Source: Octopus sinensis (lineage: Eukaryota). Taken from it: 64,000 nucleotides of DNA. Every line of letters begins with the position of its first letter. Within the stretch, counting starts at the first letter, position 1. Position numbers and translations under genes: made by a program. Location: NCBI RefSeq assembly GCF_006345805.1, contig NC_042998.1, positions 41,664,001 through 41,728,000 on the forward strand, written 5' to 3'. Positions 13,401 through 26,400 of the stretch are shown piece after piece. The notes beneath the pieces are model-generated. The model was given only the letters and a program-made list of their open reading frames with translations, searched no databases and was not told the DNA's origin.

Positions 13401-16400
13401 TGAATGGCTTATTGTTTATCTTCTGAGGAGATCTGCGTTCAAAGGCGTTCCAGACATACCCATCCTCTCTTAAGCTTTGCGTATCTGTCCCTTTAGGGCA
13501 TAAATTGGAAGAGTTTTCGTTATTTGTATTAGGCTGAACGACCATGTGGTAGCACTCTCGTTGGTCCACCAATTAAATATGTTGTTTATTTTAGTGACAA
13601 AACAGCCGCAAGATATAAACATCGTTTATATTTTGCTTTGAAAAATATTCTCACATCCCCCTATTAGCGGTGTTGATAGTTTTTCGCGATCTCCTTTTTC
13701 TATGTCTTTCTCACAAACTGTTTTCTAATTATACTTTAGTTTCGACACTATAATCATTAGACTACATCTTATGTCTTTCGTTGAATAGGTTTGTAAATTT
13801 AAATATATTTTGCCCAGTTTAAGTGAAATAAATTCCATTTTCGCAAGAGTTTCAACATTAAAATTTTTTTTTTAATATCGAAGACTCGGTCAATAAAAAA
13901 GATAGGGTATTTCTGGTCGGGTGTTACTGGCGCCGTTGTCATTCTGTAGCTTTGATCAACCAACGGTCGAATGACTGGATGTGAGTCATAGGATCCAGCT
14001 TTCCAAATATACCTTCCTCATCATTCCGGCATACGGTGATTTATGGTGTGGGGAAGGTGCTGTTTAGCAGTCTGTTCCTGAAGATGAAAGATTCTCAGTG
14101 TTCTTGACTTTGAGGTGTACAGAATGTCATATATAAAAAAAATTATTGGCACACTTCACATGGCTAGTTATGAAGGAATGTTTGATAGTTTATATATATG
14201 GTGGTTAACTGGTTTTACTAAACCTACATGTATATAGCAATATTATAATATATTTTCAAGACCCTCAAGCATGAGCAGGGATTTTCTAAAGCCTTAAATT
14301 ATACTTCTAAAACATCTGCAACACCTAGATACTTGCTGCATTGTAGGTACTAAATAACTGTTATGGCTTAAGTAGGAACATTGTGTATATTCTTTATATT
14401 TTTTTATTATTGGTTTTGTATATAACTAGCACTCAGTCGGTTACAATGACAAGAGTTCCAATTGATCTGATCTATGGAACAACTTGCTCATGTAATTAAC
14501 GTGCAAATGGCTGAGCACTCCACAGACATGCGTACCCTTAACATAGTTCCCAGGGAAATTTAGTGTGACAAGGCTGGCTCTTTGAAATACAGGTACTACT
14601 CATTTTTGCCACCTGAGTGGACTGGAGCTGCATGAAGTAAAGTGTCTTGCTCAAGGACACAACACACCACTTGGAATTAAACTCATAACCATACGATCAT
14701 GAGTGAATACTCGTAACCACTAAGTCACATGCCTTCACTGGTTACATGTATAGCAGTGCAGTGTTTCTGTTATATGCATTTCAGTACAGTGTTTGAAGAG
14801 AACATTGTGCTTTGCAGTATAAGAATGGTTCTGTATTACATTACAGGTGCAGACATGGTTGTGTGGTTAAGAAGTCTGCTTTGTGACTGTATAGTTTGGG
14901 ATTTAATCTTATTGCATGGCATCTTAGGCGAGTGTCTTTTCCTATAGCCACAAGCTGAAAATGTTGTTCACGCTCTTGTGAACCTACCTAGCCATCCTTG
15001 ATTCTCATTTTGTACCTTGAGGGTACACCTTGATACCCCATTTCCACCATTCTTTCTCCCTTTCCTGCTGAGTTAGTTATGCATCTCTTCTACAGCAAGA
15101 CACCAGTTCCTGTCCCTCTTTCCTACTTTTAACTGCTCTACACTTAGCACAAAGCCACCTCCTTCAATTCTGCTCCTCTACTATGTCAAAGAGTCTTGTG
15201 AGTTATTCAGTGACCTCACTTATGCTGGTGTCTTGAAAAAAGTATCCAATACATTCTAAAACAGTTCATGTTAAGGGTATCCAGCTGTAGAAATGTCGCC
15301 AAAGCAGACATTGTAGACCAGTGTAACCCTCAGGCTAGTTGAATGCTGTCAAACCAAACGACCCACCCACCATCATGGAATACAGATGTTAAATAACGAT
15401 GACAACAATACCTTGAATCAGAATATATACAAATAAATATTGTAATAAATTTACATCTTGCATGCAAATTTATTTTACAAGTTTTAGCAACATTTTATTG
15501 GCAATGTAGACTATTGTTATTTTCTACTAGGTTTCACCCCCTTTTAATTAATGAAACAGAATAGCAAATGAAGTTCTCAATTTAATGTAACAAACTGTTC
15601 ATGTACTTGGAAGAAATTATGCTTAGAAGAAATGTTTTTTAATCAATTTAATAAAATTACAAGCATTCATCCATGAGATAGACTTTAGCTTTGATTAAAT
15701 AGATAATGGTTAAGAAAATATTTACTAATGAATACTTTCAAAAGTTCAACATATTTATGTGAAGTAAAAAAGATTGCACATGGCGTGTGGTCAGGAAGTT
15801 CACTTCCAAACTACATGGTTTACTAATTCAGTCTCCTTGTGTAATACCTTGGGCAAGTATCTTCTACTATGGCCCTGGGTTGACCAAAGCCTTATGAGCA
15901 CATTTGGTTGATGAAAACTAAAAGAAACTTGTATGTGAATGTTTGTGTTCCCTTGTCTTGACATTATGAGATAGTTGTCATTTGTTTCAAGTCTTCTGTG
16001 AAAAATGTCTGGCCAAGGAGAAATATTACCTTACCTGGAAAATGGAGAGGGACAGTGATAAGAAGGGTATCTGACCCATGAAAGCATGGGAAGATAGACA
16101 TTAAATAGACAATGGTGATGATAATCACTGTCATAAGTGTTGGAGGTAAACCAAAACATTCTAATAATTAATAATGTTTTATCATATTGTACCTAATGTG
16201 TAGTTTATTTTGATACTCTCATAAATAGAAAAAAAATTCAATTGAAGTTTGGGAATGAGAACAACGTAGTGCATTAAACTTATTTGTCTGAGTCAAAATA
16301 GTTGAAAATAAATACTGCCCTAGTTGATACTAAAAAATTTTTTAAAATTGTTCAGCATTATAAAAGTCTTTGATAAAATGCTATTGCTTTTTTTTTTCTC

Positions 16401-17375
16401 CAGACAACAGAAGCTCAAATAACTCTTGAACAGCAAAAAGAACGCCGTGAACAACATATTCGAAGACTGAAAGAAATAAATGCCAAAAGAAGACTAGATA
16501 AGGTAAAATCTCTTCTTTATTACTACTTTTTGCTTCATGTAGTTATTTTTCTCTTCCATTTATTTCTTGAGTATTTAGAAAGCATAGTTTAAATATGGAT
16601 ATTTTTTCATATGATGTTGATAAATTCTCACCTCATTCAGTTTCTAGCTTGTTGCAATTTGGATTTAGTTTGTGAAAAATTTGACTGCCTAATTTTTCTT
16701 TCATAGGCAACATTAACATATCATTTTAGGTTGTCTGAGACCAGAACCAAGATTCACTTCATCATTATCATTTAATGCTTGTACTGGCTGGATGGTTTGA
16801 CAGGTTCCAAGCCACAGAACTGTATCAGGCTCCAATGTTAGCTTTGGCATTGTTTATATGGCTGATGCTCTTCCTAATGCCAAACACTTAATAGTATGTG
16901 CTGGGTCCTTCTTTGTGACACCAGCAAGACAGAGAGAGAAGAAAGAAAAAGGCTTCTTTGACTATGGGGGAGGTGGCTTTATACCAGGTGTTGAAGTCTA
17001 AAGAATGATAGTGTGACATGCACAGGTGTCTTGCTATAGGGGAAATACATGACTGCACTGCATTATGTGGGGTGGATAAGAGCAGCTGGAAGGGACATGA
17101 CGATAGTGGTGACAGGGTATCAAGTCATACACAAGGTAAATGATGAAGATAAGGGAGATTATTTTAATATAATTGGTTATTCTTCATTCACAACGGAAAT
17201 GAAATTTCACTGCAACTTTTGTTCACTGGTATAAAACATTTTATTATCATCCATCTAATCCATGCCAGCATGAAAAAACAAAATGAATGTACTCAAAATG
17301 TAATACCTTCTATGGCTGTTATCAGCTCCAGTTTTTATCTGATACTGTTAGTAAATCTGAAGTTTGATTAATTAT

Positions 17376-17422
<47 letters not shown>

Positions 17423-20400
17423 ACGATAAAGTTTTTAGTTGAAGTCGAGGGTCACCAATTGTAGCGGGCTAGATTGATTAGTTACACAATATTATGAAAT
17501 GTCGGAGTCAGCAGTTGTAACTATAAAAATTTGTTGTTATAATTGCATACTGTAGGATGTGAAAGATGAACAATGCATGAAGTTTTAAGGAAATATTTAT
17601 TTACTGTTAAGTTACAATACCTTGCCTCGATGGGCAGGTTATGATAAATCCAAAAGCATGCAAAGCAAAGTTTGTCCTCTTCATTGTTTAGTAGTAATTA
17701 CAGAGAGAGATAGAATGATGTTGCAAGAGAACAGAATTAGAGCTAGTGAGAGTTGTAGGGTGTGGGACGATGTCTCACAGTTGCTGACAATAAACTTCAT
17801 TTCTCCCTCTGACCAAGGTTCTAGCTGGTCAGCCAGACTTCGTTGAGTCGTCACCATGTGACTGGACTCGTTGAGTCATCACCGACTAATTTTTGCTTGG
17901 GGTGTTCTTGCTTTTATAACTATCTAGGATAGATATATCATTGAGAACAATAGTTGGTGGTCTTGTTATCTCTATTCCAGCTTTTGGTGAAGTAGAAGAG
18001 GTCAAGTAGTAAAGACATTATTTCGGCCTAGCTAAAGGCATCTAGAAAGGGTCAAGTAGTAAAGACATTATTTCGGCCTAGCTAGAGGCATCTAGAAAAT
18101 GCAAAACTGCTGTCAGAGAAAAACCATTGTTCCACCATAGGAAAAGTTCTGTTGCAGTGTTAATTTAAATTTGGCTATGGTGGATCGAATCCACTTCATG
18201 TATGCAAGATCCACTACATATATATATATATATATGCCATGACACTTTTAAAATGAAAAAATGAAAAATTAGGAAATAATTTTAAAATTCTTTGATTTAT
18301 TGTTATTGGAAGAATTTGCTTAGTTTCAATAGCAAGAAAATGTTTCAGAAGAATACATATCATTTCTCACATCATTTTCCATAGTTTTTCTTTTGTAGTC
18401 ATTTACTTGCTTCAATCTTTGAACTGTGATATTACTAGAGTATAGATGTTTATATTGTGGTTCTTATTTTATTAACCATAAAATAATGAAGGTAAAGTAA
18501 ACCTGGGCAGAATTGAACTCAGAATGTAAAGGGACACAGGCATAACTACAGATTTCTGCCCCCCACCTCTGACTTTGGATGATAACTTTGTGCATCCGTA
18601 GATTTCTACTGACGTAACAAACAGGCAATGAAGCTAAATGAAGCCCTCACCAGAAAACTCGTTATGCTAAAAATAACAGCTGGTACACAGAAGTTTGTTA
18701 TTATGACGACTTAGCTGTCGCATACGATTTTTTTCCACTTTAAGTAAATTCCCAGGTAAACGTTTCTAATAGAAAGGTAAAAGACACCAGAAGCAAAAAT
18801 AAGGAATATACATGCACAGTTAAATATAGAAGTATAAAGTATAATTTGTTACATAATATCTATAATAAACATGATATTGAATGGAATAATTCCACATTTG
18901 AACTTTTTTAATTACATGTGTGTGTATGGATGGGTGGGTGGTAGAAATCTATGGATGTACAAACCCACAAAATGGAAAAAGTGAAACAAAAGTGAACTTG
19001 TTCCGAAACACCCGCGAGTGGGGAACGGTTCTCAAAAATAACCCCCAATTGTTTTCCCCAAAATTCCTATGTCCTCGGAATCTACATAGTCCGAGGTATA
19101 TTTGTAAAGAATTTTGTTAAAAAAATATCCATTTTCTTGAAACTTAAAAGGAATTGAAGTGGACTCCAGTGAATTTTCCGAAGTTCCCTAGCCCACCCTC
19201 TCCTAAACACTTTCCCCGCCAAAATTTTGTATATTCAGAATCTACATGACATAACACGTATTCGTTGAAAATTTCATTAAAAAATTTCCATTTTTCTGAA
19301 AGTTATGATCATCCAAAGTCAGGGTAGGGCAGAAATCGATAGTTATGCCAGGACATAGCCAAATACTACAAGGTATTTTGTACAATGTTTTAAAGATTCT
19401 GTTGTTCACTCATTACTAGACTTTCAGAATGTTTATTGTGCTTTTGCTTACTGTAATACTATGCTTGTTCTTTATTCACCACAGTGGGTTATTATATTTA
19501 TTTCAGCTACAAGAGAATGAAGAACATTTGTTGCAGCTGAAGCGTATTCAACTGCTGTTGGAAGAAGATGATGAAGATGCTTTGAAAAAGTATCATGTAA
19601 GTTCCCACAGCTGTTTAAACAGCATACTAAATTGTCAGTTTATGGTTTCCAATTTTTACCCTCATGGCTGACTTTGAGATGTGCAATTTAAAGGAAAAAG
19701 AATTATTCATAAGTTTTCTTTTATGTGACTTCTTTTGTTACAAAAGAAATAAAGGTTTATTTATAGTCAAGATTGTTAATCAAGGTTGATTACTCTGAAT
19801 ACTACCATCAAATTAGCTGGAAAAAGTATGATTCTTTCTTCAGCATTGAATGGTATTCAGAAGAATATTCTTCTATAAAAGCTATAATAATGAATATATG
19901 ATTTTTTTTTTTTTTAAATAACTATTATCTACCATATATTTGTCTTTATTTGCCACACCTTTACCTGTTTGTCCTAATTTATGTTAAATGAATATCAACT
20001 CTCCGCTTCATATGTACCAACTTTCACCCACCTTACTGTTTCAAGTGACATTTAAATAAATTACCAACAAACAATATTAGCTATCAATATACTAAGAGTA
20101 GCAGATGGCAGAATCAGCTGAGCCGCAGTAAAAATTACTTGTAGTATTAAGGTACAAATCCTGTTGCAGTCATCATAGTTATTTATCGTTATCATTTAAT
20201 GTCCACTTTTCTATGCTTGTTTGGTCAGACAGAATTTATTCTGGCAAATTTTCTATGACTAAATACCCTTCCTATTGCCTCATCTATTCCCTTGGCCAGG
20301 CATGTTTTCATTGTTTGATGGTTATGCTCATTTACAACTGTCACATGATGTCAAGACAAGGTTACACACAAACACACACACGGAGACACATAATTATTAA

Positions 20401-23400
20401 TTATACACACACACACACATGGAGGCACATAATTATTAGTTATATATACACACACCTCATGCTAGCATGGAAAGCGGACGTGAAATGATGATGATGATAT
20501 ATATATATATATATATATGTGACAGGCTGCTTTCAGTTTCTGTCTGTCAAATCCATTCACAAGGCTTTGATTAGTGCGAGGCTATCATTGAAGATGCTTG
20601 CCCAAGGGGGCCACACAGTGGGTCTGAACCCAAGACCACATGGTTAGGAAGCAAGTTTCTTAATCACACAGCCAAGCCGATGTCTTTTTGAAATCTATGC
20701 AATAAATATACCTGTCAAATATTGACCTACTTGACAATATTTCGCTTCCAATAATTTATGGTTTTCTGTTTACATTAAAAAATAAAAAAAACAATAAATG
20801 CTTACATTTTTACATTTACACTTTGTGTGTGTTTTATAATAATAGCAGTTTGCTCAATCTGACACTAAACTTGTGTGTGTGTGTTTTGTTTCAAGTAGAA
20901 AATAATTTATTTAAGAGGCCAAATTGTGGGGGTTTTTTTTCATTTCAAGTGCAATAACTTAAAAATAGAAAATGCTTGTACAGTAGATTTATTAACAATT
21001 TACAAGTTTAGTGTCAGATTGAGCAAACTTATAAAAAAGGCCTGCCAGTCATGACCATCTCATCTTTCTAGGAATACATTAACTAATGTTGCTTCCCCAC
21101 AACTTTCTTTTTGAGATGACTGTTATTTTAGGGAAATTTAGTTGCTATTCCTAACAACTAAATTTAAAGGTCTCCTTGTTGGCTCATAATAATTACATGT
21201 ATTATAGCTGATCAACAACTAACCTATTAATATATTTCTTAGTCTAGTTCACATTCTTGAGTGTCTCAACAGAAACAAGCAGATGGATTTGACAAAAGTA
21301 ATATTAAGGAGATATTGTACTAATAACCATTCAAATGTTATATTATTTTTGGTATTAATCTGAGTTACATTATGTGTTAGTTTTTACTACTTATTTCTGT
21401 GTGCTTTATAACCTTTCCAGCAGAATGTAAATTCAGTATTTGAAGCCATCAAACGCTCAACTATCACTAGTTCAGTCATCCATCTCTCTGCTATTATTAT
21501 AAAACTTGTGGAAGGTACATTTAAAAAAATTTTTGGTTTTTATTTTCTTTCAGCAAGTTCTGAAGGACATGGGATTCCACTCCAGTGATGAACTCCTTGC
21601 TACTATGAATAAACTTTCTGCTAATATACAGCGCACAAGGGCAAAAATCCATGGAAAAGAACTTACAGAAGAACCAGAGGTATTTTTTTGAAAATAAATT
21701 TTGCACAAACTGGTATAGATTTTAAAATGTTAAGAAAGCGTAAATCAAGTTTGGCTCAACATTTGAATAAAATAAAGCTGAACTCTAAAAAATTGTTTGT
21801 TTGCTAAATGAACCATATCATGCTATCAATCCTGATATAGTTCATTTAGTGTGTTGGTTTTTTTTTTTTTTGAGAGGTGGGAGTCATGCTGGTACAGTTT
21901 AGATAATTTTAACATAGCCACTACTTATTTAAAGGGTATTTATTTTCAAAAAATAAAAAGGAAGAAATTTTAACACTCAGATTAGACTCAATGATTTTTG
22001 GTAAGTTATTTTGAAGTGAATTGCATTTCTACAATTTTGTTGCATTTTAGAGCAGTAGGTACTGTGATATCTGTTTATTTTTTCATATATACCAATTTTA
22101 GTCATGCTAAATTTATTATGAATGTCAGCATCTTAATTTACCAATCCCTTACTTTAACTGAGAATAATTGGTAGGTGTATTGAATTGACATATCATTATA
22201 ACTAGTCAAAGTGTTTTAGATATGAAATGAAAAGCAAAAAGACTTGTTAGTGTAAGAGATTTCTCTATGTACTTTTCTTTATTCTTAACATCCAAATTCT
22301 GAAATTATCTGCTAATTTTGAAATTATCTTTTAAATCTTCAACAGAATAAAGAAGAATCTAAATTTGATCTTCTCAATATTCCTGATGAAATGCTTACCA
22401 TTGAACAACAAGCAGCTAAGAGGAAACAGCATATTCTGAAGGCTGCTCAAGAAGGCCAGGCACAGGCACAGGCTTTACAACAAGCTAAAATCCAAACAGT
22501 ATGGTTTTATTATTTTTTTTTTCTAACATGTTGTACGGAATTAATTCCTGCATATCTTTCTATATCTTGTATATAGGTGTGTTTTTTTCAACATATGTTT
22601 TTTATTTAATGACAAGTAATATATATCATTGTTGATTCTTCATACAATTATCGATAAGGATATAGATGATTATTTTGAACCAGTGTTTGACTGGTACTCA
22701 TTTTGATTTCCGAGGAGGAAGGCAAAGTAACCTCAATGGAATTTGAACTTATCATAAAGGCACATATCAAATGCTACAAAACATTTTATCTGTCTCTCTA
22801 CTAATTCTGCCAATCCCTATATTATCACCTGATAAGAATTACCTTCAACATAAATTACAATAAAATATTGCTGATAGAACAGATATAATTTAATTATATC
22901 AAATTTTTATCACTTAGGATTATACTCTTCTTTTCTTTCTATTCTATACTAACTTTCCTGTTACTATTCTGCCCCAATTTATTGCAATGTGTTGCCTATT
23001 ATTTATATTTACTCCCTGTTTATTTTCCATGCTTGTCATATCTAAATTTATTGACTAATGTTAGAACAAAACTAAGACTGTTCCATAAATCTTACTTATT
23101 AATCTAAATTTAATGTCATTTCAACATTATTTTTTCCTTTTTTTTTTTTTTTAATGTAAACTCATTTATTTATTTTTAACTTTTCAAGGAAGTGGCAGAA
23201 GAATTACTTATGGAGCAAAAACGTCTGACTGATTTTGACAGTTGGTTATATGAAGTCAGGCAGAAGCGAAAGGTAAAGTATTTTCTTGGCAACTTAAGCC
23301 AATTTCTATCGAGGATATGTATCAACTGCCTAAAGAATTCTTAATTACATGCTTCTTATATCTACATCATTTAGAACTTATTGGAATCTCGAACCAACCG

Positions 23401-26400
23401 ACGACAACGCAAAATAGACATGGCCAAACGAAGGACACTAGCCTCTCAGCAAAGGATGAAAATTATCTCCCAACTCGCACAAAGTAGGTTTTATTTTCTG
23501 ATTGTTATTTAAAATAGTTGTTTTTTCTCTCTGCACTGATTCTTTGTAATGTATTTTATCTTAGTAATTGCAGTTGTCACCTATGCAGTATGACATCTTG
23601 TGTTGAGCAGGCAGCATATATGCCACATTTTTGTCCATTTAATGGCAAATGTATCACAAAAGCATTTACGCACTCAGGAAAAATAACACCAGCAGATGGT
23701 ATAGAAAAAGAAGTATATTGGGCTCATGGAAAATACATTTAAAATTAGACATCGCCTTCACTCCTTCTATTGCATTCAGACACAGAATTAAATCTACCTA
23801 TCTCAGTACTCTTAGAATAGGCTTCTCCTATCGTTGACTCCTCCCCTGTCTGTTATCATCATCATCATCGTTTAACGTCCGTTTTCCGCGCTAGCACGGG
23901 TTGGACAGTTCAACCGGGGTCTGGGAAGCCAGGGGCTGCACCAGGCTCCAGTCTGATCTGGCAGAGTTTCTACAGCTGGATGCCCTTCCTAACGCCAACC
24001 ACTCCGCGAGTGTAGTGGGTGCTTTTTACGTGCCACCTGCACAGGTGCCAGGGGGGTCCGGCATCGGCCACAATCGGTTGGAGCTTTTAACGTGCCACCA
24101 GCACGGAAGCCAGCCAAGGCGGCGCTGACAACGGCCACGTTCAGGAGGTGCTTTTTATGTACCACCGGCACTGGAGCCAGTCGAGGCAGCGCTGGCATCG
24201 GCCACGTTCGGACGGTGCTTTTTATGTGCCACTGGCACACAAGCCAGTCGAGGCGGCGCTGCATCGGCCACGTTTGGATGGTGCTTTTTATGTGCTACTG
24301 GCACAGAAGCCAGTTGAGGCGGCGCTGCTTTTTATGTGCCACCGGCACAGGTATCACAACTAGTATTTCCATTGATTTTTATTTCGATGTTCATGTTCAT
24401 GACTCAACAGGTCTCCTCAAGCACAGCGGGACGTTCTGGAATCCAGGGTACTTTGAATGGGCAGGGGCTATGCGGAACTGGTGCAGGAAGCAGCCCGGGT
24501 CTTTGCAGTCACAGCATATCTCCAGAGATCTCGGTCCTTCGCCATTGCCTCAGTGAAGCCCAACGCTCTGAGGTCATGCTTGACTACCTCATCCCATGTC
24601 TTCCTGGGTCTACCTCTCCCCCTGATACCTTCAACTGTTTGGGAGTGGCACTTCTTCACACATCTCTCCTCATCCATCCGCAGTACATGACCATACCATC
24701 GCAAGCGTCGCTCTTGCACACCACATCTGATGCTTCTTATGTCCAGCATTTCTCTCAGGGTGCTTACACTCTGTCGTGCATGCACACTGACATTACACAT
24801 CCAGCGGATCATACTAGCTTAATTTCTTTCAAGTCTATGCATGTCCTCTGCAGTCACAGCCCATGTTTCACTACCGTGAAGCATGGCAGTTCGCACACAT
24901 GCATCATACAACCTACCTTTCACTCTGAGCGAGAGACCCTTTGTCGCCAGTAGGGGTAGGAGCTTTCTGAACTTTGCCCAGGCTATTCGTATTCTAGTGG
25001 TGATACTCTCTGAGCATCCACCTCCACTACTAACTTGGTCACCCAGGTAGCGGAAACTATCAACTACTTCTAGTTTCTCCCCCTGGAGTGTGATGGAATC
25101 TGTTTTCTGAGTGTCTGTGGTGTCTATTGTCCCTGTGCATCTGCCGCACATGAAAGCTATCTTATCAGTTAATTTCCCTTTGATGTTGCTGCACCTCTTA
25201 TGCGTCCATAGCTTACATTGGGTGCATCTTATGGAGTTTCTACCTACACCTTTCCTACAGATCGAGCAGGGCCACCTGCCCGATGGGGTGTGTGCTGAGT
25301 TCGCCTTTCTGCTTACTATAACTTTGGTCTTTGCTACATTTACTCTAAGGCCCTTTGATTCTAACCCTTGCTTCCACACCCGAAATTTCTTTTCTAGTTC
25401 CGGTAGTGATTCTGCTATGAGAGCCAGGTCATCAGCATAGAGGAGCTCCCAGGGGCATCCTGTTTTGAATTCCTCTGTTATTGCCTGGAGGACTATGATG
25501 AATAAAAGGGGACTGAGCGCTGAGCCTTGGTGTACACCTACTTCTACCCGGAATTCTTCACTATATTCGTTGCCAATCCTAACCTTACTGACAGCCTCTC
25601 TGTATAGAGCCTGTACAGCCCTTATTAGCCATTCGTCAATCTCCAGTTTCCATATCGACCACCAGATAAGGGATCGGGGAACCCTGTCAAAGGCTTTCTC
25701 CAAGTCCACAAAAGCTATGTAGAGGGGTTTATCTTTAGCTAGGTACTTCTCCTGTAGTTGTCGGACCAGGAATAATATAGCATCAGTGGTGCTTCTACCC
25801 GGCACAAAACCGAACTGCATCTCATCTAAGCAAATTCTCTCCCTAATGAGATGGGTTATGACCCTCTCTGTGACCTTCATCACCTGATCCAACAGTTTAA
25901 TACCCCTGTAGTTATTTCTATCTAGAGCATCACTCTTACCCTTGTAGCAGTTGACTATGGTGCTGCTACGCCAGTCATTGGGTATGACTCCATTATGAAC
26001 TACCTGGTTTACAATGCGGGTGACTAGGCCATAGCCCACGTAGCCAGCTGTTTTAAGCATCTCAGCAGTGATTCCTGATGGGCCGGGGGCTTTACCTGGT
26101 TTCATATCCTTAATTGCCTTAACTACAAGGGAGCTGTCTATTCAGATAGCTGGTCCCTCTACTGGGTCAACATTTGGCAGGCTCTCCTCCTCCCATTCAT
26201 TCTCCTCATTCAGCAGTCTTTCATAATGGCTTCTCCAAGCCTCTTTCTTTTCACCAACATTAAAAGCAAGTGCCCCATCATCCATGCGGACACATTTCTC
26301 TCCTGTAACATCACTATTTTCTCTCACACACTGTCTGGTAATCCGAAATACCTCAGCTCTTTGGTCCTCACGTCGCTGGACATTGGCAAACTTCTTCTTT

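Noticed and set aside
13900-14120. GC-richer unique-looking island as an exon or C/D snoRNA
   Set aside because: There are stops in all useful frames, and the minus-strand ATGATGA has no matching CTGA box D or terminal stem.
24065-24350. Regularly spaced repeats resembling a CRISPR array
   Set aside because: The units are contiguous with no unique spacers, the context is eukaryotic, and they lie inside a LINE 3'UTR.
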